From Candidatus Actinomarinales bacterium (GTDB lineage Bacteria > Actinomycetota > Acidimicrobiia > Actinomarinales > Actinomarinaceae), in the NCBI GenBank assembly GCA_004214055.1, contig SGYT01000003.1, positions 1-41,717 of the forward strand: a DNA stretch of 41,717 nt, read 5' to 3'. Position 1 is the first letter of the stretch; each line of letters begins with the position of its first letter. A program made the translations under genes and the position numbers. Below the pieces are notes generated by a model. It saw only the letters and a list, made by a program, of their open reading frames with translations. It did no database searches and was not told the DNA's origin. Below, piece after piece: positions 9,224 through 18,732 of the stretch.

Positions 9224-9853
9224 ATGGTTAACGGATATATAAATTTAGATAAAGGACATAGTGATTTAATACCAATATTTGAAAATATTGGTATTAAAAA
9301 GCTCTCAATAAAGAAAATTCGGAATCAAAGTGAAGTTGATTTAGTTTTAACTTCTCTATCTAAGTATGGTGAGACAAAGAAAAATTTGTCAGACATCGAA
9401 TCTTCTAGTAATCCTTTACCAGCCTTAATAATTGCTAATAACAAAGAATTTGATCAAACTGTTGACTTAATAAAGAGCGATAGAATTCAGGTAATATCAG
9501 ATAAAAGTGGTGTGAGTGAAATAAACGCAAGAATAAATTCACTTTTAGGTGACAGCAGTGCAGAAAAATTAGAATTTAGAGATCTAGTAATAAATCTAAA
9601 AACCTATGAAGCAATAATTGATGGGGTTCTTTTAGATTTAACTTTTATGGAATATGAATTGTTGAAATTTTTTATTGAAAACCAAGAAAGTGTTTGGTCT
9701 AGGGAGGAGCTACTAGAAAAAGTTTGGGGTTATGATTATTTCGGAGGTGCACGTACCGTTGATGTTCATGTTAGAAGATTAAGATCTAAACTCGGTGAAA
9801 GTAGATTGGATTGGATTAGAACTGTTCATTCAGTAGGATATAAGTTTAACTAA
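9224..9853 (+). CDS. glnR: GlnR-type OmpR-family winged-helix nitrogen regulator (degenerate receiver domain)
   Basis: C-terminus LDLTFMEYELLKF...VWGYDYFGGARTVDVHVRRLRSKLG is the actinobacterial GlnR signature; divergent from glnII; start moved from 9011 (overlaps glnII) to the ATG at 9224. Confidence 0.8.
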   Translation: MVNGYINLDKGHSDLIPIFENIGIKKLSIKKIRNQSEVDLVLTSLSKYGETKKNLSDIESSSNPLPALIIANNKEFDQTVDLIKSDRIQVISDKSGVSEINARINSLLGDSSAEKLEFRDLVINLKTYEAIIDGVLLDLTFMEYELLKFFIENQESVWSREELLEKVWGYDYFGGARTVDVHVRRLRSKLGESRLDWIRTVHSVGYKFN

Positions 9854-10193
9854 AGCTATTTCCACATCCACAGGTTCTTGATACGTTTGGATTGTCTATT
9901 GAAAAACCTGTCTCCATTAAACCTTCTTTGTAGTCTAAAGTAGCCCCTTGAATGTGTGAAGTACTTTCAGAATCTACCACTATTTCAACACCATCATATT
10001 CTTCAACAGAGTCTCCCTCGAATTTTTCTGTATCAAAAAACATTTCATATGAATAACCTGAGCAACCTCCAGGTTTTACTCCCATTCTTAAGAAACTATT
10101 TTCTGAATCTTCAGCAAGCTTTAATTCTTGTAGCTTTTTAACTGCACTATCAGTTGCTAAAACTACTCTTGATGATTTTATTGATATATCCAT
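9846..10193 (-). CDS. A-type Fe-S carrier (HesB/IscA/ErpA family)
   Basis: GVKPGGCSGYSY, LDY, NPNVSRTCGCGNSF. Confidence 0.95.
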   Translation of the reverse strand: MDISIKSSRVVLATDSAVKKLQELKLAEDSENSFLRMGVKPGGCSGYSYEMFFDTEKFEGDSVEEYDGVEIVVDSESTSHIQGATLDYKEGLMETGFSIDNPNVSRTCGCGNSFS

Positions 10194-10269
10194 GACTTAA
10201 TTATACCAAATACTGTATTTTGTTAAAAATTTATTATTATAAGTATTCTTTTCATAATAAGATATCAGT
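10194..10269. promoter_or_regulatory. Divergent leaderless promoters for the IscA/ErpA gene and mrp
   Basis: Minus strand TGG-TATAAT (10208-10200) 6 nt before ATG 10193; plus strand TAAGAT (10258-10263) 6 nt before ATG 10270; no SD sequence on either. Confidence 0.65.
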
Positions 10270-11403
10270 ATGCTACAAAATGATATTCTTTTAAAACATC
10301 TATCAACTGTTATGGATCCTGAATTAGGCGTAAATATTGTCGATTTAGGAATGGTTAAAGATATAACCTATAATAATTCTGAAGTAACAATTGACCTTGC
10401 TTTAACAATTGCAGAATGTCCTATGAGGAACCAGATTGAAACAGAAATTAAAAGAAAACTTAAATTAATCGACAATATTGAAGAGGTTTTCATAAATGTA
10501 GTTGCAATGAGTAAAGAAGATAGATCTTCTCTTATGACAATAGCAAGAAAGAATGCAAGAGATAAAGCTATTCCAACAAAGATTAATACCAGAACAAGAG
10601 TTGTAGCTGTTGGTAGCGGTAAGGGAGGAGTTGGAAAATCTACTATATCAACCAATCTTGCTGTAGGACTAGAAAGTTTAGGTTTTACAACTGGACTACT
10701 TGATGCAGATATTTGGGGATTTTCAATACCAAGATTATTAGGCATAGAAGGCAGACTCGAAGCAAATGAAGATAAAAAAATAGTTCCATTCAAAAAAGGA
10801 GGGCTTGAGGTTGTTTCAACTGGGTTAATAACTGAGGATGAAGATACAGCTCTGATGTGGCGAGGACTTATGCTCAGTAAAGCACTTGAACAGTTTTTAT
10901 TTGATGTTGAATGGGGAAATCTAGACTATCTAGTTATTGACTTGCCGCCAGGCACTGGTGATATTCAAATGGCTTTAGGTAGGCTTTTACCTCAAACAGA
11001 GTTAGTTGTAGTTACAACACCTCAATTAAGTGCGCAGAAAGTAGCAACTAGAGTAGCCGATATGGCAAAGAGAAGTTTTATTCCTCTTTTAGGTGTTGTT
11101 GAGAATATGTCTTATTTTGAATCGGGAGAGGGAAATAAATATAATATCTTTGGAGAAGGTGGGGGAAGTGAGCTTTCTAAAAAATTTGGAATTCCATTGC
11201 TAAGTAAAATACCTATAAGTGAAGACTCTATAGAAGAATCTGAAAATGGAACCCCTATTCTTTTACAAGAGAAAAATACTCCTACTAAAAAAACTATGCA
11301 AGATTTAGTTAATACAATTGTAAAAATTCTACCTCCGGTATCTGATGAAACATGTACCGGAAGATTGGCTAAAGTTCTTGAGGAATTAGAAGTAGAAGTT
11401 TAA
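10270..11403 (+). CDS. mrp: Mrp/ApbC (NBP35 family) Fe-S carrier ATPase with N-terminal DUF59 domain
   Basis: DPELGVNIVDLG, CP, GKGGVGKST, DADIWG, MWRG, DLPPGTGD, VTTPQ, VVENMS. Confidence 0.93.
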   Translation: MLQNDILLKHLSTVMDPELGVNIVDLGMVKDITYNNSEVTIDLALTIAECPMRNQIETEIKRKLKLIDNIEEVFINVVAMSKEDRSSLMTIARKNARDKAIPTKINTRTRVVAVGSGKGGVGKSTISTNLAVGLESLGFTTGLLDADIWGFSIPRLLGIEGRLEANEDKKIVPFKKGGLEVVSTGLITEDEDTALMWRGLMLSKALEQFLFDVEWGNLDYLVIDLPPGTGDIQMALGRLLPQTELVVVTTPQLSAQKVATRVADMAKRSFIPLLGVVENMSYFESGEGNKYNIFGEGGGSELSKKFGIPLLSKIPISEDSIEESENGTPILLQEKNTPTKKTMQDLVNTIVKILPPVSDETCTGRLAKVLEELEVEV

Positions 11404-11408
11404 ATTTT

Positions 11409-12704
11409 ATGGATAATATATCTGTAAACGAGCTAGTAGATTCATATGAGAGTCATTTACCCAGAGAGGTCTGTTTAAACGTAGCTAAATTTGTTGTAAA
11501 CGAATTTAAAGATAAAAAAATTATCCTTGAAGAATACATAATAGCAATTAACAATTTGATGATAAGCGAACAAGTAAAAGTTATTAACTGCACTGGAACG
11601 CTTCTGCATACAAACCTTGGGAGAGCACAAACTGAAATATCATTCAATGGGCATGCTTCAAATATAGAGTTTGACCTAAGTAAGCAAAAAAGAGGTGAAC
11701 GAAATCGATATTTAACTTACTCAATGAATTTACTACTTGGCTCAGAAGGTGTTTGTTTTGTAAATAACAATGCCTCATCATTATTTATTGCACTGAATAC
11801 AATCAAAAAATATAAAGATATAGATTCAGTAATAATCTCTAGAGGTGAAATAGTTGAAATTGGAGGTTCATATAGATTGCCTGAAATAATTGCTGAAACA
11901 GGCTTAAAACTAATTGAAGTAGGAACAACAAACAAAACACATAAGAAAGATTACATCTCTGCTTTAAAAAAGAATCAAAATGCACTTGTTTTAAAAGTTA
12001 ATAGATCAAATTTCTCCATGTCAGGATTTATTGAAGATGTTTCGATTAAAGAATTAAAAAAGGTCACTGACGACTATGGAGCATTACTGTTTCACGATAT
12101 GGGTAGTGGTTTAGTTGTTGAAAAAAAATTTTTAGAAAAAAATAATATTGATTATTTCAAAAATGAACTGCATGTTCAAGATTCAATTAGAGATGGAGCA
12201 GATCTGGTAATGTTCTCGGGAGATAAATTATTTGGCTCTATCCAGGCAGGAATAATTGCAGGAGGAAGAGAACTTGTAAACAGTATTAAAGAATCTCCGC
12301 TTTTTCGAACCTATCGTTGCTCTCCAGTTGTTACCTATGAACTCCAGAAAACTACTAATTTATATTTGTCAAAAAAAGAAGCTTCTATACCCTTTTGGCA
12401 TTCTTTGCAGATTACACATGAGGAGTTGTTAAAGAGAGTTAAAAAAATTTCAAGTAAATTAACTTTAGATCATTCTATAGATGATAATTATTCATTAATT
12501 GGAGGAGGAAGCATGCCTGAGCTAAAGATACCATCTCCTGTTATATCAATAGCTACTTCAGAAGATAGAAATATTTTGAGTAAATTAGCTAATTTAGAAA
12601 CACCGATAATTCCTAGAATTAATGATAATAAGATTATTTTTGACATAAGGTCATCATTTGAGGCCAATGATGAAATTATTATTGATGCGCTAAAGAATTT
12701 ATGA
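11409..12704 (+). CDS. selA: L-seryl-tRNA(Sec) selenium transferase (selenocysteine synthase)
   Basis: VINCTGTLLHTNLGRA, VNNNA, SRGEIVEIGGSYRLP, EVGTTNKT, DMGSG, FSGDKLFG (PLP lysine), IGGGSMP. Confidence 0.95.
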   Translation: MDNISVNELVDSYESHLPREVCLNVAKFVVNEFKDKKIILEEYIIAINNLMISEQVKVINCTGTLLHTNLGRAQTEISFNGHASNIEFDLSKQKRGERNRYLTYSMNLLLGSEGVCFVNNNASSLFIALNTIKKYKDIDSVIISRGEIVEIGGSYRLPEIIAETGLKLIEVGTTNKTHKKDYISALKKNQNALVLKVNRSNFSMSGFIEDVSIKELKKVTDDYGALLFHDMGSGLVVEKKFLEKNNIDYFKNELHVQDSIRDGADLVMFSGDKLFGSIQAGIIAGGRELVNSIKESPLFRTYRCSPVVTYELQKTTNLYLSKKEASIPFWHSLQITHEELLKRVKKISSKLTLDHSIDDNYSLIGGGSMPELKIPSPVISIATSEDRNILSKLANLETPIIPRINDNKIIFDIRSSFEANDEIIIDALKNL

Positions 12705-14386
12705 CAGTATTAGCAACAGCAGGGCATGTAGATCACGGAAAATCAACTTTTGTTAACTTTCTAACTAATCAAGAAACTGACAGGTTGGCTGAAGAAAAAA
12801 AAAGAGGACTAACAATCAACCTTGGTTATACGTATTTTAAGAATAAAAATAAAACGTACTCAATTGTTGATGTCCCTGGTCATAGTGATTTTTTTAAAAA
12901 TACAGTTTCGGGTTTTTCAAATGCAAATGTAATTTTATTTATTATTGATTCAACTCAAGGATGGTCTAAACAATCAGAACAACACTTCAATACATTAGTT
13001 GAACTAGGCAAAGAAAATTTTATATTTGTTTACACAAAAATAGATTTATTAGAAAGTTCAGCAAAATACGATGATTTAGAAAAAAAATTAGATAAATTAA
13101 AAGAATTAAACTATACAGTCATCGAGTTTGATTTAAAAAATTCTAAAAGAGAGAATACTATAAATAAAATAGTTGAATTTATTAGTAAATGTGAGTTTCG
13201 TGCAAGCATTCCTTCAATGTGGGTAGATAGAAGTTTTATTATTGATGGAATTGGTCGAGTTATTACAGGAACAGCAAGCTCAAGTTTTAATACAAATAAA
13301 ATTTATTTCTCTTCTGATCAAGAAGCGTTAGAGATAAAAGAATTACAAAGTATAAATCAATCTTATGAAGAGAGCTTGAATTCAAAAAGAGTCGCAATCT
13401 CTCTTAAAAAAAATAATAAGAACTTTCCAAAAAGAGGAAACTTATTAACAAATGAAAAAATTAATTTTACTAATTTATTATTTGTTAGGTTTAGAAATAA
13501 AATAATAGATAAAAATTTTCATAAAGGCACTAGAAGATTATTCGTTGGTACAACTAGTGTCTTAATAAAAAATATCTGGAATGTTGACTCTGCATCACAT
13601 ACATATGGATTAATTGAACTTAGTAAAAAAATACCAATCGTCAGTAATGAAAGATTTGTAATTCAAAATATTGAAAATAATAAATATATTGGTGGAGAGT
13701 TTCTGTTTTTTATTAATAACACATTCCTAAAAAAATACATTATTAGCAATTCAAGAAGTAACAAAAAAATTAATTCTCTATATGATTTGTTCACAATACT
13801 AGAAAAAAGATTTGTAAATAGTAATCACAAAACTATAAAAGTAGGTAAGTGGTGTATCAAGGAAGATATCTTAAATAATATTGAAAAAGACCTAAATGAA
13901 AATTATAGAAAAATTAACAAAACCGGATTTATTAAATATATGCATAATAAATATTTTATAGATCAAGAAATTCTTAATAAATTAATTAAAAATTTTAATA
14001 ATTTGACCATTGTTGAAGATCAAATAACAATAAATTTAAAGAACGAAGAAGAAGATAATAAAACATTAGAAGATATTAAAAACAAATTAGGTGAAACATT
14101 AGAAGTTAATAAATTAACCTTGAACGAATATAAGAAGGAATCAATTAAATCTCTATTTTTATCCGGGAAAATTTACAGAATATCTGAAAATATTATAATC
14201 TCAGATTTCCATTTTGATATCCTACTTAAACACATAAATGAACTCCCTGATGAATTTACTGTTTCTGAATTTAAAAATCAAACTAACCTATCTAGAAAGT
14301 ACGCTATACCTATGTTGGAATTATTAGATAAGAAATTAGTTACTTCAAAAATAAATACTTCTGGAGATCGGAAAAAACTAATCTGA
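12701..14386 (+). CDS. selB: Selenocysteine-specific elongation factor
   Basis: TAGHVDHGKS, EEKKRGLTINLGY, DVPGH, TKID, VDRSF..GIGRVITGT, C-terminal winged helix SRKYAIPMLELLD; ATGA overlap with selA. Confidence 0.93.
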   Translation: MTVLATAGHVDHGKSTFVNFLTNQETDRLAEEKKRGLTINLGYTYFKNKNKTYSIVDVPGHSDFFKNTVSGFSNANVILFIIDSTQGWSKQSEQHFNTLVELGKENFIFVYTKIDLLESSAKYDDLEKKLDKLKELNYTVIEFDLKNSKRENTINKIVEFISKCEFRASIPSMWVDRSFIIDGIGRVITGTASSSFNTNKIYFSSDQEALEIKELQSINQSYEESLNSKRVAISLKKNNKNFPKRGNLLTNEKINFTNLLFVRFRNKIIDKNFHKGTRRLFVGTTSVLIKNIWNVDSASHTYGLIELSKKIPIVSNERFVIQNIENNKYIGGEFLFFINNTFLKKYIISNSRSNKKINSLYDLFTILEKRFVNSNHKTIKVGKWCIKEDILNNIEKDLNENYRKINKTGFIKYMHNKYFIDQEILNKLIKNFNNLTIVEDQITINLKNEEEDNKTLEDIKNKLGETLEVNKLTLNEYKKESIKSLFLSGKIYRISENIIISDFHFDILLKHINELPDEFTVSEFKNQTNLSRKYAIPMLELLDKKLVTSKINTSGDRKKLI

Positions 14387-14635
14387 AAAAATTAACGTTC
14401 TCTTTCTTTCATTTTCATTTAGCCCTCCCCAAATACCAAATGGTTCAGCAATTTCCTTTGCTTCATCAAGACATTCAATTCTAACTGGACACCCATTACA
14501 AACAGCCTTTGCTTTTGCTTCTCTTTTTTCTCTATCTTCTTTTTTTTCAAATGTGGCAGGAGGAAAGAATAGGTTGCTACTGTGTTGTCTGCACATAGCA
14601 TCATACTGCCATGAGGAAAATTTAATTTCTAACAT
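14378..14635 (-). CDS. WhiB-family Fe-S transcriptional regulator (WhiB3/WhiD-like spacing)
   Basis: WQYDAMC...FFP...AKAVCNGCPVRIEC...EPFGIWGG: four Cys plus G[IV]WGG. Confidence 0.95.
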   Translation of the reverse strand: MLEIKFSSWQYDAMCRQHSSNLFFPPATFEKKEDREKREAKAKAVCNGCPVRIECLDEAKEIAEPFGIWGGLNENERKRTLIFSD

Positions 14636-14711
14636 ATAGGAACATTATTGAAGAAAAAACATAAGGCAAAAGGTTTTTTTCGCGAAGTTTTACTTATTTT
14701 TTATTAATTAT

Positions 14712-15884
14712 TTAAATAACTAGATTTCCTTCGTCTTCCTTAATAGTATATTCTTCATTTACTTTATATTTTTTTCCTTCATTGGTATTTACTCTTATTT
14801 TTAACTTATCAACCTCAACTAAAGCAGCATCATTATCAAGGATTTCAATAATTTTAGCTTTCCTATCTTCAAAAGTAGTCATTGCACTTGTGTCTGTTGT
14901 TAACCTAGATCTAATTACAGTAGGTATTGCAATAAAGTAAAAGAAGGCAAGACCAAGAGAAACTAGACCTAAGAGAAATGAATTAACTCTTATTTCGTAA
15001 CTGCTAAACATAGCCAATGAAGATAAATATAACAATATAAATGCACCTATTCCTAAAAGTGAGAAATAGCCCCTTGACAAAATCTTTATATAAACAATAA
15101 ATGAAACTATGAACAATGCTATTCCAAAATAATTTATTCCAAACTCTTCGAAAGGCATAGATGAAAATATTACTAAAAATCCTCCTATGAATGCCATCAG
15201 ACCTGGGCCAAGTGCAAACAGTTCTAAACCAATAAGTGCAAAACCAAGAACAAAAAATAAATAAGTAAAAATCGGGTTAGAGATTGAAATGTAAAATCTT
15301 TCGATCAGTGATGGTTTAATAAATTCGATAGAACTCATTGATTCACTATTAGAGAGATTTATGTTTACTGTTTGATCTGATAATTTACTAGAAATATTTT
15401 CAGTACTTAGATTCTCAATAAAAGCACCTATAGAGGCAACGACAATATAGTCATCATAAATACCTTCTTCATTGCTAATATTTATTTCATTTTTTTCATA
15501 ATCACAAAAATTTATATAACAATATTTTTCCTGTACAGATTGGCTGAAATTTACATTTACCAAATTTACGCCAGGTGTAAAACCTACAAAATCAAAATTA
15601 TTTATAGTTTGGAATTCCAAATCAACTTTATAAGGACCTACCCATAAAGCAGTAAGAAATTCCTGATCTGAAATTAGTTTGTTAAATTCCTGTAATTTTT
15701 TTGATGAAAATTGTTTTGAACTATATTGAATAATAAGCAGATCTTCTTTTTCATAATTATATTCTTCAATATGTCTTTCAATTGATCTCACGTGGGCGGA
15801 GGAGAAAATACCATCAACTTCAAATATATTAATTTGAAAAACACTTATTGATGTTAGAACTATTGAAAAAATTATATTTATCAT
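14712..15884 (-). CDS. NfeD-family membrane protein (degenerate N-terminal ClpP-like domain)
   Basis: Signal peptide, FEVDGIF, ISNPIFTYLFFVLGFALIGLELFALGPG, multiple TM segments, short C-terminal OB-like tail. Confidence 0.7.
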   Translation of the reverse strand: MINIIFSIVLTSISVFQINIFEVDGIFSSAHVRSIERHIEEYNYEKEDLLIIQYSSKQFSSKKLQEFNKLISDQEFLTALWVGPYKVDLEFQTINNFDFVGFTPGVNLVNVNFSQSVQEKYCYINFCDYEKNEINISNEEGIYDDYIVVASIGAFIENLSTENISSKLSDQTVNINLSNSESMSSIEFIKPSLIERFYISISNPIFTYLFFVLGFALIGLELFALGPGLMAFIGGFLVIFSSMPFEEFGINYFGIALFIVSFIVYIKILSRGYFSLLGIGAFILLYLSSLAMFSSYEIRVNSFLLGLVSLGLAFFYFIAIPTVIRSRLTTDTSAMTTFEDRKAKIIEILDNDAALVEVDKLKIRVNTNEGKKYKVNEEYTIKEDEGNLVI

Positions 15885-15928
15885 TATTTATTTAGTTTAA
15901 AATTACAGGATAGTAGTCTTTTAAAACT

Positions 15929-16258
15929 GTGAAAATATTATTAATATCTGATAATACGTGGGTTAAGGAATCCTTAGAGAAGTACCTTAACTTTGATCAT
16001 GATTTAACTCATATAGATGAATATGCGTCTATAGATCATTATTTTGATTATATTTTTGTTGATATGCAGGTTCGGAATAATGGAGGTCCGTCCATAATAA
16101 GAGAGTTGAAAAGAGATAACTCTTCTAAAAATTCATTTATGGTGCTTATTGCTGATAGAGATGCTGATGAAATACAAGCAAAAAGGGTTGAAGCAGATGG
16201 ATTTATGGTAAAACCATTTACAAAAAGTAAATTAAATAATTTCTTCAATTTAAACTAA
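15929..16258 (+). CDS. Single-domain response regulator receiver (CheY-like)
   Basis: KILLISD, IFVDMQV..NGG, ADGFMVKPF; GTG start. Confidence 0.8.
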   Translation: MKILLISDNTWVKESLEKYLNFDHDLTHIDEYASIDHYFDYIFVDMQVRNNGGPSIIRELKRDNSSKNSFMVLIADRDADEIQAKRVEADGFMVKPFTKSKLNNFFNLN

Positions 16259-16284
16259 GATGCTTTAAAATCTAATTATATATA

Positions 16285-17541
16285 TTGAGTACTAACTTAG
16301 ACATAATCCTATATTTACTAATCTTTACATGTTTAGTTTTCTCTGCCTTGCTTTCTGGGTCAGAAACAGCAATTACATCTCTCCCTAGAGAAAAGATTCA
16401 CCAACTTGATGAATCTAAAAAGAATAAGAGAATAAAACGCGCAAAAGATCAAATTGAAAAAACAATTGGTGGAATATTGGTAGCTAATAACTTTGTAAAC
16501 ATACTAATGGCATCTCTTGCAACAATTTTATTTGTTAGAAGATTTGGTGAAAGAACTGGTGGAATTTATGCAACACTCTTTATAACAATTCTTGTTCTTG
16601 TGTTTGGAGAAGTAACACCAAAAACTTTAGCTACAAGAAAACCTTTGGAATTTTTTTCTAAGACCTCAATTCTTATTGATTATCTTGCAAGAATATTTGC
16701 TCCTTTTACTAATTTAATTACTGGTTCAATAAACAGATATGGAACAAAAAGTATTGGGGACATGGATGGTGATAATGAGATAACTGAAGCTGATATCCAG
16801 GCACTAACTGCTTTGGGCGAACAAGAAGGTCAAATTCTCCCTGCAGAAAGAGAAATTATTGATTCGTTACTTGAATTTTCTGACAGACCTATTAAAGAAA
16901 TAATGACCCCTAGAGTAGATGTTTTGTTTTTATCAACACCTCTGTCTATACAAGCTGTAAGAACAATCGTTAATGAAAAAAGAATTTCTAGAATGCCTGT
17001 ATCTAAAAGTGAATCTCTTGATGATACTTATGGAGTCGTTTATGTAAAAGATCTATTAAATCTTAAGTTAGACTCAGATACTTTAGAAATTGAAAATTTA
17101 GTAAAGGATGTAATCTATTTACCAGAATACACAACTGTACTTTCGGCTTTAAATATATTAAGAGAAAATAAATCAAGCTTTGCATGTGTTATTGATGAAA
17201 ATGGTGGGATTGAAGGAGTCATTACAATTAAAGATGTACTCTCAGAATTTGTTGGTGACCTTCCAGACGAACACGATCAAAGGTTTTCTGGAATAAGAAG
17301 ACTTGGTCCAGGGCAATGGCGAATTGATGGAAAAACTGATATAGATGATTTCGAGGAATTTTTTGGGTTAGAGCCGAACGATAAAGATGTAGCAACTGTT
17401 GGTGGTCTTTTCTTAAGTCATTCTGAACAACTACCAAATGAAGGTGAGAAAATTACTATTGACGGACTAGAAGTTACTGTATTAGAAATTGACAGTAGAA
17501 GAATTGATTCTGTTGTAGTAAAAAAGATAGCAAAGAAATAA
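16285..17541 (+). CDS. CNNM/HlyC/CorC family CBS-domain membrane protein (Mg2+/Co2+ transport)
   Basis: SGSETAITSL, NNFVNI, FGEVTPK, IMTPRVDV, SRMPV, VIDENGGIEGVITIKD, TVGG. Confidence 0.92.
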   Translation: MSTNLDIILYLLIFTCLVFSALLSGSETAITSLPREKIHQLDESKKNKRIKRAKDQIEKTIGGILVANNFVNILMASLATILFVRRFGERTGGIYATLFITILVLVFGEVTPKTLATRKPLEFFSKTSILIDYLARIFAPFTNLITGSINRYGTKSIGDMDGDNEITEADIQALTALGEQEGQILPAEREIIDSLLEFSDRPIKEIMTPRVDVLFLSTPLSIQAVRTIVNEKRISRMPVSKSESLDDTYGVVYVKDLLNLKLDSDTLEIENLVKDVIYLPEYTTVLSALNILRENKSSFACVIDENGGIEGVITIKDVLSEFVGDLPDEHDQRFSGIRRLGPGQWRIDGKTDIDDFEEFFGLEPNDKDVATVGGLFLSHSEQLPNEGEKITIDGLEVTVLEIDSRRIDSVVVKKIAKK

Positions 17542-17584
17542 GATTTTTATAATCAACTAAACTCTAGTATTATTGATAATTGAT

Positions 17585-18178
17585 ATGGATGTAGAATCAA
17601 CAATGCTTCCCCTTGGGACTAAGATTCCTGATTTTTCACTTATTGGAATTGATAAAAAAGAATATACAAATAATGATTACTTAAACAAAAAAGGCATTCT
17701 TGTCATGTTTATATGCAATCATTGCCCTTTTGTAAAACATGTAAATAAGGAAGTAGTTAAATTAACAAATGAATTAATGGAAAAAAATATAGGAGTTATT
17801 GGAATAAACTCAAATGACAGTACTCAGGAGAAATATGCAGAAGATAGCGTAGAAAAAATGAAAGAATATGCTGGTAATCTTAATTATAAATTTCCATATG
17901 TAGTTGATTCTGATCAGTCTGTTGCAAAAAATTTTACAGCACAATGTACGCCAGATTTTTTCTTATTTGACGCAAATCAAGAATTATTCTATAGAGGCCA
18001 ACTAGATAGCTCTAGGCCTGGAAATGATATGCCTGTAACTGGAGAATCCTTGCGGATCGCGATTAATGCTTTGTTGGAAAATGACAATCCTCCTAATCCT
18101 CAATTACCAAGTATGGGGTGTAATATAAAATGGAAAATAGGGGAAGAGCCCGAATATTTTTTAAATATTAAAAGTTAA
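17585..18178 (+). CDS. Thioredoxin-fold peroxiredoxin-like (AhpC/TSA, PRX_like1) protein
   Basis: STMLPLGT, MFICNHCPFV, CTPDFFLFD, YRGQLD, SMGCNIKW; ATG at 17585 preferred over TTG at 17573. Confidence 0.9.
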   Translation: MDVESTMLPLGTKIPDFSLIGIDKKEYTNNDYLNKKGILVMFICNHCPFVKHVNKEVVKLTNELMEKNIGVIGINSNDSTQEKYAEDSVEKMKEYAGNLNYKFPYVVDSDQSVAKNFTAQCTPDFFLFDANQELFYRGQLDSSRPGNDMPVTGESLRIAINALLENDNPPNPQLPSMGCNIKWKIGEEPEYFLNIKS

Positions 18179-18699
18179 CTTATATCGTTAGTTTGAATAA
18201 ATAATCTTCTTGATCTTGAGCAATCTAGTTCAACAAAGAATATTCTTTGCCAACGTCCAAGTAAGATTTCTCCATCAACAATTGGAAGGGTAATAGCGGT
18301 TGAACCAACAATTGAACCACGGACATGAGATCTACCGTTAACATTTTCATCTTCTTGCATGTTTTCTGTTCTAACTTCCCAATCATCATGCTCATAATAA
18401 GAATTAGAAGGTATTATCTCTTCAATTTTTCTTTTAAAATCGTTAATATATCCTGTCTCAGACTCATTAATTAAAATAGCTGTTGTAGTGTGTGGGGTAA
18501 ATACACTAACTGAGCCATGCTTTATATCTAAGTTAGAAACAATATCTACTATCTTGTCAGTAAAATCACAAAACTGGTTTGTATCCTCTGTTTTAAAGTG
18601 TAAAGCATATGTAGCAGAACTATTTAAATCAGACTTATGCATCTCTACAAGTTCAGCTTTTAACTGAGACGAACCTTCTCTGTGTATTTCTTTTTTCAT
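18175..18699 (-). CDS. yjbQ: YjbQ (UPF0047) family protein
   Basis: PHTTTAILINE, YEHDD, NGRSHV, LGRWQRIFFVELD. Confidence 0.9.
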   Translation of the reverse strand: MKKEIHREGSSQLKAELVEMHKSDLNSSATYALHFKTEDTNQFCDFTDKIVDIVSNLDIKHGSVSVFTPHTTTAILINESETGYINDFKRKIEEIIPSNSYYEHDDWEVRTENMQEDENVNGRSHVRGSIVGSTAITLPIVDGEILLGRWQRIFFVELDCSRSRRLFIQTNDIS

Positions 18700-18732
18700 T
18701 ATCTGCCTATTTAATAATAACTAAAAAATAAA

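Noticed and set aside
14384-14640. Sec readthrough of the selB UGA
   Set aside because: SelB already ends at its usual GDR-type terminus; the downstream frame is just the antisense of whiB and no SECIS-like hairpin is evident
14653-14686. GAAAAAAC/GTTTTTT inverted repeat and TTCGCGAA palindrome upstream of whiB
   Set aside because: The A/T-only stem is too weak for a terminator, and a single 8-bp palindrome is insufficient evidence for an operator
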